Source of the DNA: Syncephalis fuscata S228
Taxonomy: Eukaryota; Fungi; Zoopagomycota
Reading direction: 5' to 3'
Length of the DNA: 64,000 nucleotides
Assembly (NCBI GenBank): GCA_025786725.1
Contig: JAHLTZ010000012.1
Location: 248,001-312,000 of the forward strand
The notes beneath the pieces were generated by a model. It saw nothing but the letters and a program-made list of their open reading frames with translations, did no database searches and was not told the DNA's origin. How positions within the stretch are numbered: position 1 is the first letter of the stretch; each line of letters begins with the position of its first letter. A program made the position numbers and the translations under genes. Below are positions 41,464-54,562 of this stretch, piece after piece.

Positions 41464-41836
41464 AATTTAGTCCATAGTAAACTGTGTATTTAATTCAGTG
41501 TTAGTTTGGTTATATTTTTCTATTGATATAGACACGTAGCTGTAAAGTAAAACTAAGATCTTTTTCTTCTTAATTGTGCTCCACATATTTGTTAATATAA
41601 AATGGTACTGTTATTTTCCTTTAACATAAATCAATATTTAGTACAATTACTATGACGTTTTCTCTTAAACAAAACAAAATAAGAGTTAAATTATGCAATA
41701 CACACTTAATATTTACAATTAAGAAAATAATAAAATATAGTGAACAATTAAAGCCATTTATTGTTCTATTAAACAAGCACATTATTTAGTAAACTTGTGC
41801 ATCAATTGCATTGTGCCTGATTTGATTCCGCTGTCT

Positions 41837-44716
41837 TCACCTGTGACAGAAAGCTTGGTCATGACCGAGGTAGACTTGCCGGTGGTTTGGGGGAAATTCC
41901 TTGGCTTTGGGTAGATGCACCGTAAAGTGCGGCAATTCCTGTGACGTAATAACCGGAGAAAGCCATGTGTCGTATGATGAACGAACGTTAAGTGAACCAT
42001 CTGGCGAGTATGGACGATAGGTAAACAAGCGCAGTTTGTACTGCCCATCCTGAACAGGGGTGATGCTAGTTCCTGGCTGGTTGAAGCTAGGCATTGGCTG
42101 GATTAAACCATTCCAGTAGCACCATGTATCGTCATTAGGATCATCCTTAGTGGCATCCAATGGCCCACCATAGGCGTCGTAGGCCATACCAATAATGTTG
42201 CCGTTAAGATCTTCGACCGCAACAATAGCCCATGGCGATGGTGTGTCGAGACGGAAACGCACCGCCACGTAATCTCCGGCAGCAGTTACAAGGCGGGTAT
42301 TTGAATTGCTAGTAAAAAGATTACCACTAACATCCATATAATCGAGTCTAGGATAGTTATCATCACGACGAAGTGGACCAAGAACACGTTGAGCACCACG
42401 GGTTGTCTGATATGGAATATGACGAATGGTTTGTTTGCCGGTCTTAGCATCAGTATGTATCGCTTCAACAAGACCATTGAACACCATATAGTAGGTGGCA
42501 TCGGCTTCATATGGAGGATAGATGGTGATGCTGGTCTTCTCTGTACGACGTGTGTTGATGTTTTTAATTGTGCTAGCTTTGGTGATAGTAATCTTAGATG
42601 GATTAGCAGTGAACGTGCTTAATGCGCCATCAATAACATAGAATTTGCGTACACGGTTTGCCCAGCTGGATACAGCCCATGCTGGTTTGTGCTTGAATGT
42701 AATAGTGCCAGGAGGAATGTCACCAGTAAGAGTTACATCAAATGTGTATGCAGCATCTGAGCCACCGCTGTCTGAGCCGCGGAATCCAGCCGACAAAGGA
42801 TGAAGTCCCCAGTTTGTCTCGCTTGAATCTACCAAACGAGCAATACCGGCACCAGCGGACATAATAGGAGAGGTGTATGTATTTGAGTTGGTGGTAAGCC
42901 TTCAAGTTCAGGTGATGTCTGAGCGACTGCTGTTTGCATAAGCAAACGGCGAACAGCTTCAGGGCGTTCAGTGACAGATATAGTCGATCCAAGTCGTTGG
43001 ATTGTTGCGGCAGCCAAGCCAGCAACCTGTGGAGATGCCATACTGGTTCCACTTAAAATAGCGTACGAACCAAGTTTGGTGAGATATGTACTAAAGACTG
43101 TTTCACCAAATGAAGTAACTTCTGGCTTGATGTTGGTAATGTCAGCAACTGGACCATTGGAGCCGAATTTCGACCATTGATAGGTATTGTAAGCAGCGTC
43201 ATACTGTGTGACGGACTGGGTCCATTTGACTGTAATAGTATCACTGGTAGTTGGTAGCATCTTGTAAAGGCCCTGCCCTTGAGTGTAGCCAATAACAAGA
43301 ACGTGAATATTTACGGAGCATCGACAACTGGAAAGTTGAGCTCATCGGAATCATTAACGACTATAATACCAAGAGCGTTGGCGTTTTGTGCGTTAAGAGC
43401 CTTATCGGTAAAAGTACAGCTGCCACGATTAAGCACAACAAACTTGCCGCTGTAGCCAATGCCATAAGATGCACAGCCATCAGTATTGTTCTTCTCCACG
43501 CGCTTGATTGTTTAAAAGTAATGGCGGGTACAACAGTTTGATTTGCTGACAAGTAATACACATTGGTGCCGTCACTGTCCAGCTTGAATGAAAATGAGCT
43601 CAATTTCGGTCTTCCCATAGAGCCAACGGTAATTACATTTGGTGCAACACCGGGACTGGCTAGTGTGGTCAATCCACCAAAACCGTCATTACCGGCTGAT
43701 GCGACTACAACAATACCACGAGCAATTAAGCGTTGTGCAGCGTCGGCATCAGCATAGTCCGTGTAAAATTTGCCGGTACCAATGGAAATATTGACAACGT
43801 CCATACCATCGGAAGCGGCACGCTCCATAGCGCTTACAAGAATATCCATGGCCACACTTCCGGAGCAGCCAAAGACACGGTAAGCACCAAGTGTAGCGGC
43901 AGGAGCATTACCGGTAACAAGGTCAGAGCTGGCTGCAACAAGACCTGCAACGTGAGTGCCATGGCCGTTGCAAGTATCAAGCGGGTCGCTATCTGGAACG
44001 GGTTTCCATCCTGGAGCAGGATAGTCAGCGCCGGTGTAGGCATCACCGACAAAGTCCCAGCCATAGGCTACTTTACAGCCAGCACCAAAGCAGCCACCAA
44101 GAGCGGGATGTGTGTAGTCGATACCAGAATCAATGATACCGACTTTGACGCCTTTTCCGGCATTTGGATCAGGTTTACTCTCAACGGACTGGCGACGGCG
44201 CAAGGCTACGGCCTCGGTGCCAATGGCGTGAGCTACTGGTGCATGTTTGGCGCCACTGCCGATTGGCCGGACACTCTTGATACCAGAAAAGTTGGTAATC
44301 GAATTAAGGCCCCATTCACCATCGTCGAGAATATCCAATGAGACAGCGTTGAAAAGCAAATTGAAGTTTTGGCGGACTTGAACATTTAACTTTTGTTTAG
44401 CGTAGGCAAGAAAATCAGCTTGTTGTTTGGTAGCCGCGCTAGTACCAGGTGCGGCATCGAGTTCGAAAATGTAAGTGGTGGGCAGGTAGCCATATACAGG
44501 AGTTCCAGCTGATGTGGTATTGTCGGCACGGGCTATAAGCCTATGTAACAGATAAGACGAATCACGACGAGTGATGGCATTGGATTGAGTTTTCTTATGT
44601 TGAAGTGGACTAAATGGAAAGCGGAAACCATTTTTTGCAGCATCGCTTAGAGCAGCATTTGCAGTAACAGTAGCAATAATAATTGCCGAAAAAGAAACTA
44701 ACTTTGAAACAAGCAT
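41837..44716 (-). CDS. Secreted S8A subtilisin with PA domain and Fn3-like C-terminus (Vpr/Pr1C-like), intronless, 3 apparent 1-nt frameshifts
   Basis: Signal peptide; GIIDSGIDYTHPALGG (Asp), NGHGTHVAG (His), AGNDG, SGTSMASPQVAG (Ser); PA motif RGSCTFTDKALNAQ; WYWNG..DGQYKLRL tail. Confidence 0.93.
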
Positions 44717-47608
44717 TGTAACATATATATGTATGTAATAATTCTACACGATTATTAGGAAAGAAGGTATATTAGATATGAGGTTATTAGATAAGTGGCA
44801 CAGGCCGAACAACTGTGGTCTACGACAGTTGTTTATATAGCTGTAGAACATTATTAAATGGCGCGGTAGATTTCTTATAGAAATTTCTATTGTAAAGTAT
44901 GGAGTAGTCATTGAAAGATGTCATTTTTTACTCCGACAAAGCTCCGACCAAATGTCTTTGGGGGGAATAACAACACCATTTGCAATCTAGACACTATAAC
45001 ATAATGAAATGTTGGATTTTATTCAGCATAGATTTTAATCGTAGCTATTATTATATTGTAAATCTATTTAATGATAAATACAGCAAAATACAACATATAA
45101 AGTTGAATATTACTACAGCGCAATCGCCGTAACTATCCACGATCATCGTAGGTCATATGACGGTAAATATGTCTGATATTAAATTGCGCCTAATCTTAGC
45201 AATTAAAATATACACCGATAACCACACCCAAAGCGTCATTTGTCTATTGCTTTTATCGAATTAGGCTTTAGATGGCAAACTACACCAAATCTAAATAAAG
45301 CCGCTTCTAGCCAAGCATCATTTAAAAGTCAGTCAAACTACACAGTTTGAAGTATTAAATAATGTATTCAATATATTGTATATTAATTCTAAGTAAAACA
45401 ATGGATATATTTATTAATATACATTAAAAGCAGCCATCTTGATACTATTACTGCTGCTACTATGTCAATATTCTTTCGTTAGTTTTTTGCGTGTTACTAT
45501 ATATGCTAATTGCCATATATAGTAGTTACCATATATGTAGAACAATATATTTCACATAACTTGAAGTAACTATAAGCGGAATCACCATGGAAAAATATTT
45601 AAACGAAGTCATTAAGCATGGAAAGAGCGGCAAAATCAGCTATTCATGTTCGCACCCAGTTATTTTTCTTATTCTGTTTTGGCATGTACATATAAGACAA
45701 ATTCACCTCTATTAATAGTAGCATATTTTTTATATTTACAGATGACGAAAATTTTCCATTTGGGTATAAAACTATACACTTTTAAAATGCAGCAAAATAA
45801 AGAGACTCCATTGGTTAATTAAAATCGTTTGATTAAAATGTCTTTTATTTATTTCATTTACTACTTAATTAACTTATTAGCGCTGTGTTACAACTCAGTT
45901 TGTAGATACTGCAGCTTAGATGACTAAGCAACATTTATACTAATGCTTACTAACACTTATCTTGATACGCAGAATATAATGTATTGTTTTTGATAATAAG
46001 CTAAATAGTATGTATGGAATCAACTAGAAACAATATGAAACTAGAAATTGCTAACGTCTACTGTTATTAAATAAAACCACTATTTTATAGCAAACATATC
46101 TAATAACAGGGTTTAAATGGTTTTACTAGTTCATAATTTCCCAACTTATCAGTTTATTTAAATAGTTATATACCTCCAACTAACGAGTATTTTCTGAGTA
46201 TATGTTTGTAATAGTTGTTTTCTGTAGCAATTAATTCTAATATCCAATATAAGTGTTATTCTTGTTTGTTCACATGTAATTTCAATATGCCATTCAATCA
46301 CATGGTGTATTCCTTAATCACGTTATCATAATAATATTGCCATAATACCAAGATTGTAACAATGTATAGTCAATGATTTATCAGCGCATACTGTTTTACT
46401 ATTATACATGCACTATAACTATATTTAATATTAACTTTCAGTGTATCTATTGATTAATAGTATATAGCAATGCTATTAATTGGCTATTACAGTTGGTAAA
46501 TTGTAGTTAACTAATTAATTTACTTTTTGATTAGTATTTGTGTAGGCTTGTATTACCAAAATGGCAAAGAGGGGCAATTACAGCATTTTTTTATTAATTA
46601 AGCAAATTTCACCAATTTCTAATTCCACCAGTAATATAGCTAGAAATGTTTAATATCATTTGCTATGATGCATGATTTCGATACATTAAAATATATAAGT
46701 TATGTATTTCTGAAAAATTATGAGAAGGTGTTACAAATAAAACTGGCAATACCATTATTAAAAATGATTTAATTAATAATTTTGTTTAAAAAGTGACATT
46801 TTGGTAATTAAAATAAAAAGTATGAGGTTAAGTAACGACTGCAATCGCTCTTATTACTGGTCGACACAATTTCCTTACTAATTTATTGGCAGCAGTATCT
46901 TATGCTTTGATTTGCCATATTTTACACGAAGAGTTTTCAAACTACTGTTATTTTTTATTGTTAAAAGTATAATTTGCTGATACAATACTATGCCAACTCT
47001 ATTTAAATTAAGTTGAATCAAGGTTAATGAATACTGAGTGTGTATGAATAAAAATAGTAAGTAGTTTAATTTATTTACGATAAAGTATTTTATTGTTTTT
47101 TGTTTAGTCTTATTGCAATTTCTGTGTTAATATAATGGCATGAATTTGACTTCTTATAATGTGAAGTGGTGAAAAAATAAAATATTTTAATAACGCATTT
47201 GTTAGCATACTAATATACTGTGTATTTTTCTACTAATATTATAATCGTATTGCCATAACATATGCCTATTGTTATTTTTGCAGACAAGTATGCTATGCAT
47301 TGTAGCTGAATAGCCGTGCACAGTTTTGTACTTACTTAATACATGGTAAATGTATATTTATACATGAATCGTACTAAATTATTAGTGGAGTACCATTAGT
47401 TGCATTCAATACAACTACGCTCACATTATCTATTTTAAAACAATATCAATAGTTTATTTAATCAATTTTATTAATAATCTAGTATGATTTGGTCAAATAG
47501 CCGAATCTAATTATACCTACACAACTGAACTAACATCTATAGAACATGGATCAGGCAGGGGGAAATGTTAATGATTTGATTATCAAATCACGGTATGATT
47601 TAAGGACC

Positions 47609-49977
47609 AAATGACTGTTTTTAGTAATATTCTCTTTATTGAATATAACGCTGTGCTGAATGGCATTAGGCATCAAATTATTTATTATCATATATTTATT
47701 ATCTATTATGCATATATCCTCTATCCATCCACACCATTTCAATTGTATATTCCTATTAGTACATACTATTCTATGGTGTACTGAATACATTTTATTTGCT
47801 ATATTTTTCAAAGTACTTTGCTCATTCTGCCCATTAGGCTATATGCACTATAACTTCAATACCATTGCTCGCGTTTCTCTGTTGTATACTCATTCTATTA
47901 TATAGTGATTGCAATTTATTTGGAACTGTTTTGCCGTCTGGCGTTAGCTCTGCTCATTATTGTTTTTGTTTATCTCGCTCATTTGTTCATGCATATATAC
48001 ACGCTATAATGTTAACACTGCTATTCACACATGTTTATTTTGTTTTGTTTTTTTGCCTTGTACCGTTGCATAATCTAATAGCTAGCGTTATTGGTAAAAG
48101 TTGTCTGCTTGTTGCTAGCTGTATTTGTTGAAATTTTGACTCAAATTGTCTCTGTTGCTTATTAAATAAATTCATGTAACTTCGTTAAAACCATGTATCA
48201 TTTAAAGTAAACCTAGCTATTATAGGATGAATATTGGCCAAGAATGTAGCATATATAAGTATTATAATTATTCTGTATTGTTTATTAGAAAGTAATCACA
48301 AAGTATTTTATAGCTATTCAAGCACAATAATAAAGCACAAACACAGTAGCAATAGAATCGGCAATAATACTGACCACGATGTACGTTGATTATTGGTTCT
48401 ACTACACTACAGCGACAGTTAAGTGCAATTTGCATACTACTACAATATACATAGCGTAATAAACATATGTTGTTTATAATGCAATGTCAGTAAATTATAA
48501 ATATGCTTGGGCATTTGAGATAGTAAAGCAAGCTGAGTGTTTTGGCATAATATCAGCCGGTCCGGATGTCACGATGTTCAAAAATTGGGTCCTTGGTGTG
48601 CAATAAGTTACTGATGGCCAGACAGCTTACGGTTTACGCTGCAGCACTTAAAGCAGTTGCAACTTCTACTTATAATGTTGTCGAGTATAGCTACGTGTAC
48701 AATTGGACATATATACATTACTATTTTGCCGTACTCTGCCAAGTACGTGTGCAATACTATGTCTAGTATATCTAGTAGGTTACAGCCATACATACCGAGT
48801 ACATTGATATACACATCTATGCATGTGTTTTATATATAACAGAACTAGCAGCTGTTGATACCGCAAAACAATAAGCCATTACAAACTGTTGTAGTAGTGA
48901 AATGATTACAATAAGCTAACTGATATGTATCTACATGAGTAACAAGGCTATGTGATTACAACACACCTACCAACAAAGCACCTATTAACAAAACACCTTT
49001 AAAACCAAGTTTCAATATAAACGTGCTGTATAAAACATTGGCATTGTTTATGGTTGTTAAAAGTATACAGATATACTGAAATATAAATCAATCAAATAAG
49101 TAACAAAACAATCGTATAAATAGAAATAAACCGTATATTATGAATATTAGAATATATACAAGTGGCTTGAATAAATAACGTTATATGTTATTACAGCTAC
49201 GTGTATTGTATAAATGATCTGTTATTGTTTCAGTCGTGTACACGCGTTATTAATACGTGATAATCATGGTGGTGGCGTATTTATGAAAGGTAAACACAAG
49301 ATCACGTGTTATGTGTCTATTTGTTGTAGTGATCACGCCATCCAGTTTATCAAACTATTTACCTGTTTAGCAAGGTGCACACGGGCCATTTAATATTCAT
49401 GTCCGATGGAGGTTTGTTTTGGTTAGTGAGGTCGTATTGGGCTGCATGAGTACAGGAAGATGCTACAAGTTATATATACAACGCTTTAATAGAAATAAAA
49501 GATAATACAAAGTATTAGTGTGTGTGTGAAAAATAGTTGAGTGGCTATGAGTGGCGATTACTGTGTAAAAGCCTGCGCAAGATCAATCTGTAGTGTTCTA
49601 TAACGCTTTTCTCTTGTTTATTTTCACTTCATCTTTTCTTTATACGACAGTCTTGTAGTTTTTGTCATAACAAACGCCTTAAAAGGTAAGCAAGTGTTGC
49701 GTTTGCGTATGTGTTTGCGTTGGTTAATAAATGAGACTATGACTGCTGCGCCAAATTGCTCTGTCACGTAACACTGCGTGTGCATGCTTTGTTGTTTACT
49801 TTGTTCAACTTCGCCGTGCATCCTTGGCACATGCGTAAAATCATCCATCCACTTGGATTGAATAGATAGACTGGTTATACTGCTTTGTCGCTTGCGTTTC
49901 ATATATTGTTTACATGGCGTTAATTATATGTCTTGTATGTCTTGCTATAGCCAAAGTAGTTCATTATGGCTACTCCG
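47609..49977. repeat. Right arm of 2.37 kb inverted repeat
   Basis: Reverse complement of 38891-41260 with scattered substitutions. Confidence 0.97.
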
Positions 49978-50730
49978 CTCATTTATACGCGTAGTATCAT
50001 TTATGCTACAATGCCACCACCTACCGTTCAGAAATGCCTGTTTCAGAAAACAGGCATTGAGGCGGACAACAAATTGGCCTTGAAAAAGGTCAAGGTGCTA
50101 GAGCCTGCGTCGCGGCCAATACAGGCTCTATTGGCACCAACTGCCCGCTGCGTAGGGACACAGACGAAGGCTGCTACACGCAGCGTTGCTGTTCAAATTG
50201 AAGAGGTTTTGAGCAGTAACAAAGCAATCAACACAAAAATTACAAGCCTTTCTGGCTTTTCTTTCAGTAGTCACTACTACTTCTTCTTCTCTTCCTCCAG
50301 CCATGCCACCCCTATAAAGGGTGCGGAGTTTACCGGTGCCAATTTGAGGGCACCAACCCAAGCAACCGAGGCTGTTGTCACGACCGACAGCACACCTACC
50401 GAGACGGGAAGTGCCAACAGCGCTTCTTGCGCAATTCAGTGAGGCAAAGAGCCTTGCCGAATTGCAACTCCAAGACCGTGTCGTCGCACTAATGTGCACG
50501 GCGGCAAAATGGCTTAATTGCGTTTAATGACGCAATTAAGATTAAATTTGTATAATATGGTAAGTTAATATAAAACTAATTATAGCAATGCTAACTTTAT
50601 GCTAGGCAACAGTTTCAAGGGCGGGACCAAGCAAGCAGGCAATGCCGTACACCGGGCTCCGTCGTTCCAGGGTGGAACTCGACGGGGACTGGGAACGGCA
50701 ACTGCTTGTTTACAATGGGCTAACCTATAC
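49966..50730 (+). CDS. Orphan MATP-family copy B (158 aa ORF; downstream intron-like and homologous 3' segment; may be decaying)
   Basis: Homologous to copy A; GTAAGT..CTAAC..TAG intron-like element at 50560-50605; 50620-50725 matches the reverse complement of 38235-38345. Confidence 0.5.
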
Positions 50731-51591
50731 TTTTATATTTGTATTAGCGTATCTGTTCTTTATAATAAATTGCTTATCATAATCAGTAATAATTACTATT
50801 AAGCACAAATATTAACACTTTAATAGTCTCTATATAACGATGCAAAAACAAAAAACATGTTATTATTTCTCTTCATATTTAGCTTTCAATTATAAACTTA
50901 TTTAATTAAATCATTAAGTCAGTGTTTTACCTTATGAGATACGTTGATGCTGTTTCCGATCTATTTAATAAATCTGGATATTATGTTTTTACGTGAACTG
51001 ATTTAAAACAATATCAGTGGTTTATTTATTCATGTTATTATGCAATTTATTAACATTTAATGCTGTTTGAAAACCAAATGGCTAAACATAATGTTTACAC
51101 AATTAAACTGGCATTTGTTCTATCTTTAATAGAACTGAATGGTAAGTAGCGTCAGTCGTCAAAACACTCATTACTATAGATTGCTTATCCAATACTCATA
51201 TATCCTTTACTTATTACACACCCATACTAATATAATTTATTCTATAATATACTAGGTCACACACTATGCATTATAGTCCTCAATGCATCCTCGTATGCAT
51301 ATATGCAATATACTTTTATTTTATTCTATCATTCTTAAAAAGTAAATCAAAAAAATATCTTTTCATTTATGTAATCTATGTACTCATTATATCCTATTTT
51401 ACACCTTCTATTAATCTATGAATAAATACATAATATATGAAAAGCGGTGTTAAGAGTGTATTGTATTAAAGAAGCATGCAAATACATACTTTTATGTCTA
51501 CCACATTGGCTGGTAAACATAATAGTTACAAAGAAGAAGACATTGGTCAATAGAATGGAAACGCGCTTGAACAGAATGCAATTAATTAGCA

Positions 51592-53827
51592 CTATAGGAA
51601 CACTTGCGCAATGGACAGTGCTTCCAAACAAGGCACAAGCATAATGCTACTAACAAAATAAAATAAAATACCAAAAGCAATACTAATAGGTAATGCAGGC
51701 AATGCTTTTCTCCTAATAGCGAGCAAAAAGATGGTAGCATTAAGTCCCTAGCATAATAAAACAATATATTAGCATAAAATACAGCACTGATATACAAATA
51801 ACTTACCATCATAACCGCTACTGTACATGCCACGGTAGTTATCCAATCAAGCATAGCTAGTACCACACATAAAGTAATTAGATAATGTTACAACTTAATA
51901 CTATTAATACTATAGATGCAACTTACCAGCACGTGCAATAAGCACACTATAAAAAACAAAGTCACCTAAACCAAGCTTAATACCTGCTTCTTCAACTAGA
52001 TTAAGCCAAACAAATATAGTATTAGTATCTATATCCGTAGTCATTATCCTTATTCTTCATACTTACCCTCTTCGTCTATCTCTTCATTCTCCATTGGTTC
52101 ATTTCTTCCAGGTCGCGATGAATTACGTACAGAGCCCGATGTCGATTGACACAGTGGATGAGGTGTGTGATTGGACATTCCTTGGGCGGATGACATGGCT
52201 GGTTCCTTGCTCCAAGCCATATCCACACGTGACTCCATAGCAATATGTTCTACATGACTGTCCATGGCACTGGGTAAATGTGGAGAAGCAATAGCATAGT
52301 TGGGCACGGCTGTATGCGTGGACTGATAATCAGTCTCGGACACATAGTCGCGTTCATTAAAGGCCATCAGCCATACAGCATTAACTAGAAGTGGTTTAGT
52401 TTACACGTCACTATAATATACTAGTGATGGCTGCTTACCTGCATACAATAAAGCCGGCACCGGTTTAGATTGGTTCTTGGTGCTTTCGATCAACATCTTC
52501 AATGGACCAAATGGACACAAAACGGCAATCAAATCTAGAATGATATTGGTCAGCTAAATGTTCATTGCAATAGGCTATATACTAATCTACTTACCCCAAA
52601 TGGCCAATAGACCAAGTAGAAGCCAAGTAGTCCATTCAGCCAGACCCGTCAATGAGAAAGCCTTTATAATGACAGTGGTAATAACAATCAATATAGCTTT
52701 AATAAACTATTAGTCATTTGCTATTAAGCTTACCATTAATGATGACATGATAGTCAAATAAGCTTGTTGAACCCGAATTGGCCCTTTAGACCACATTACC
52801 ATGACAACACCGACCACTGCAAAGTTATAAAGACCAAAGGACAGCGTAAAATAGTCCATAGGAATAGAAAGCACATCAAGAATACTCATTTCAAGCAGCA
52901 ATCCCATACCGCCTAGCAACAAAGCAACTACCACCATAAAAAAGCCAAATAATATCTTAAAACAGCCATATTTGTATAGTACGAATATAACAATAGTCAT
53001 AACAATAATCTGACTTAGAATAATAGCAGCATTCGCTAAAGAACCAAAAAACCGGCTTGTTCCAGATGTAGCATTTGCTTCTGTATAAACTTGACCAGCT
53101 GATCCAGCAGGCCTAGCATTAGTATTATTAATTAAGTTCATTAGTTAATTAGCTAGCAACTATTCCTAAATGCTTACTTATAGTTACTAAGTATAGACAG
53201 TTTTACCCATAAAATCGATAACAATACACAGCCGAGTACAGGTTTAACAATTAAATAAATCTGTTTTACGTAAAAGCGCAATTCATCGGCCTTTTCTTCC
53301 TGCGTCATTTCATCCTCGTCTTCTTCGCCATTGGGCTGAAGAATGGTAGATTCACGCAGCTGTGTTTGATGTACACTGTTACGGCGTTGATTAATAACTT
53401 GTGCGGCACTGTAACGACTCATAGGACGGGATCGCACCGTCTCAATGTCGGACAGGGTGGCCATATCCGTATCGTAGCCACCCGTAAAGTTGTGCTTTTC
53501 ATTGTTTATACCACAAACCGTTTGATGGGTCGGCCAGTCTTGTGTTTGACATGATTCTGAGCAGTATTTGACGGATGGACCGCATCGAGCACACATAAAA
53601 TTGGCCGACTTGCCACAAAGTGCACAATAAGCCGAGTCATTGAGATCCACTATATGGAGAAATACACACACACACACAAATATTAATATAGAACCGCAAG
53701 TCTTGGCAATAAATTAAATACAGATACCGCACTTACCCTCTTCTGTGGCCATTGGTTCTGCTTGGTCTATCAGACGATCACTAGAGTCGTAAGTTCGAGA
53801 TGAGTCCGGCCGAATATGCCGTGGCAT
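51592..53827 (-). CDS. Presenilin (A22A intramembrane aspartyl protease) with N-terminal MYND zinc finger
   Basis: VLYKYGCFK; QQAYLTIMSSLM; EWTTWLLLGLLAIWDLIAVLCPFGPL; KLGLGDFVFYSVLIARA; KALPALPISIAFG; CALC..CARC..YCSESCQTQDWPTHQTVC lies in the same exon as TM1. Confidence 0.95.
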
Positions 53828-54562
53828 GTCTATGAATGAAAGGGGCTAGAGTGCACGCTCTTACCTGCCGTCTGTACTTGTAGTGGTGGCGGTGGCGGTA
53901 ACAGCAAAAATAGTGGGTCAAAAAGTCAATAGAAGGCGTGGTGTTAAAAAGAGCACACTAACTGGCACTCTTGGTAGTAAGTGTGCGGTGTACCAAGACG
54001 ACCACAGACAACGAAAGGATGAAAATAACCTGTAATAGTCTATACTTAAAGAAAACGAATAGAGTATACGAGCGAACAAAAGGACGAGAAATATAGTTGA
54101 AGAATACGAAAAAAGGATTGCCTTTTACACGCACGCACGCACACAAAGACGGATGACTGCAACAATAACGGTAATAGCAACGGTAACAATAAAAGCTTTT
54201 GCGGAGTAAGTAACCAGGCCAATATTGAAACAACGCTGACACGCTTCAATGGTCTGAAGTGACAAGAATGAAGTTTATATATAACATAGCCTACTAGTAG
54301 AGAGTAGATATATTATTGTTATTGTTATTATTAATATTATTGCTATTGCTATTAAGTATAATAAAGATAGCAACAAGGAACTAGGTGAATGGACAATGCC
54401 GGTTCAAGATGATAATAAAAATGTAGAAAGAGTAAGCGATGGCTGGTTCGCCTGTGTTCACGTGTAAAGTCTATCGTGCGATGTTGTTTGAGTGTCATCG
54501 CTAGTTAAAAGTACTCATTATTGGACAGACTATAATAATGGCGTGATTGATTAGCTGCAATA

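Noticed and set aside
43733-44341. 202 aa antisense ORF within the subtilisin
   Set aside because: Shadow ORF arising from codon bias of the sense gene.
52530-52610. Presenilin TM6 motif is WD rather than YD
   Set aside because: WD occurs in active invertebrate presenilins, so it is not evidence of inactivity or novelty.
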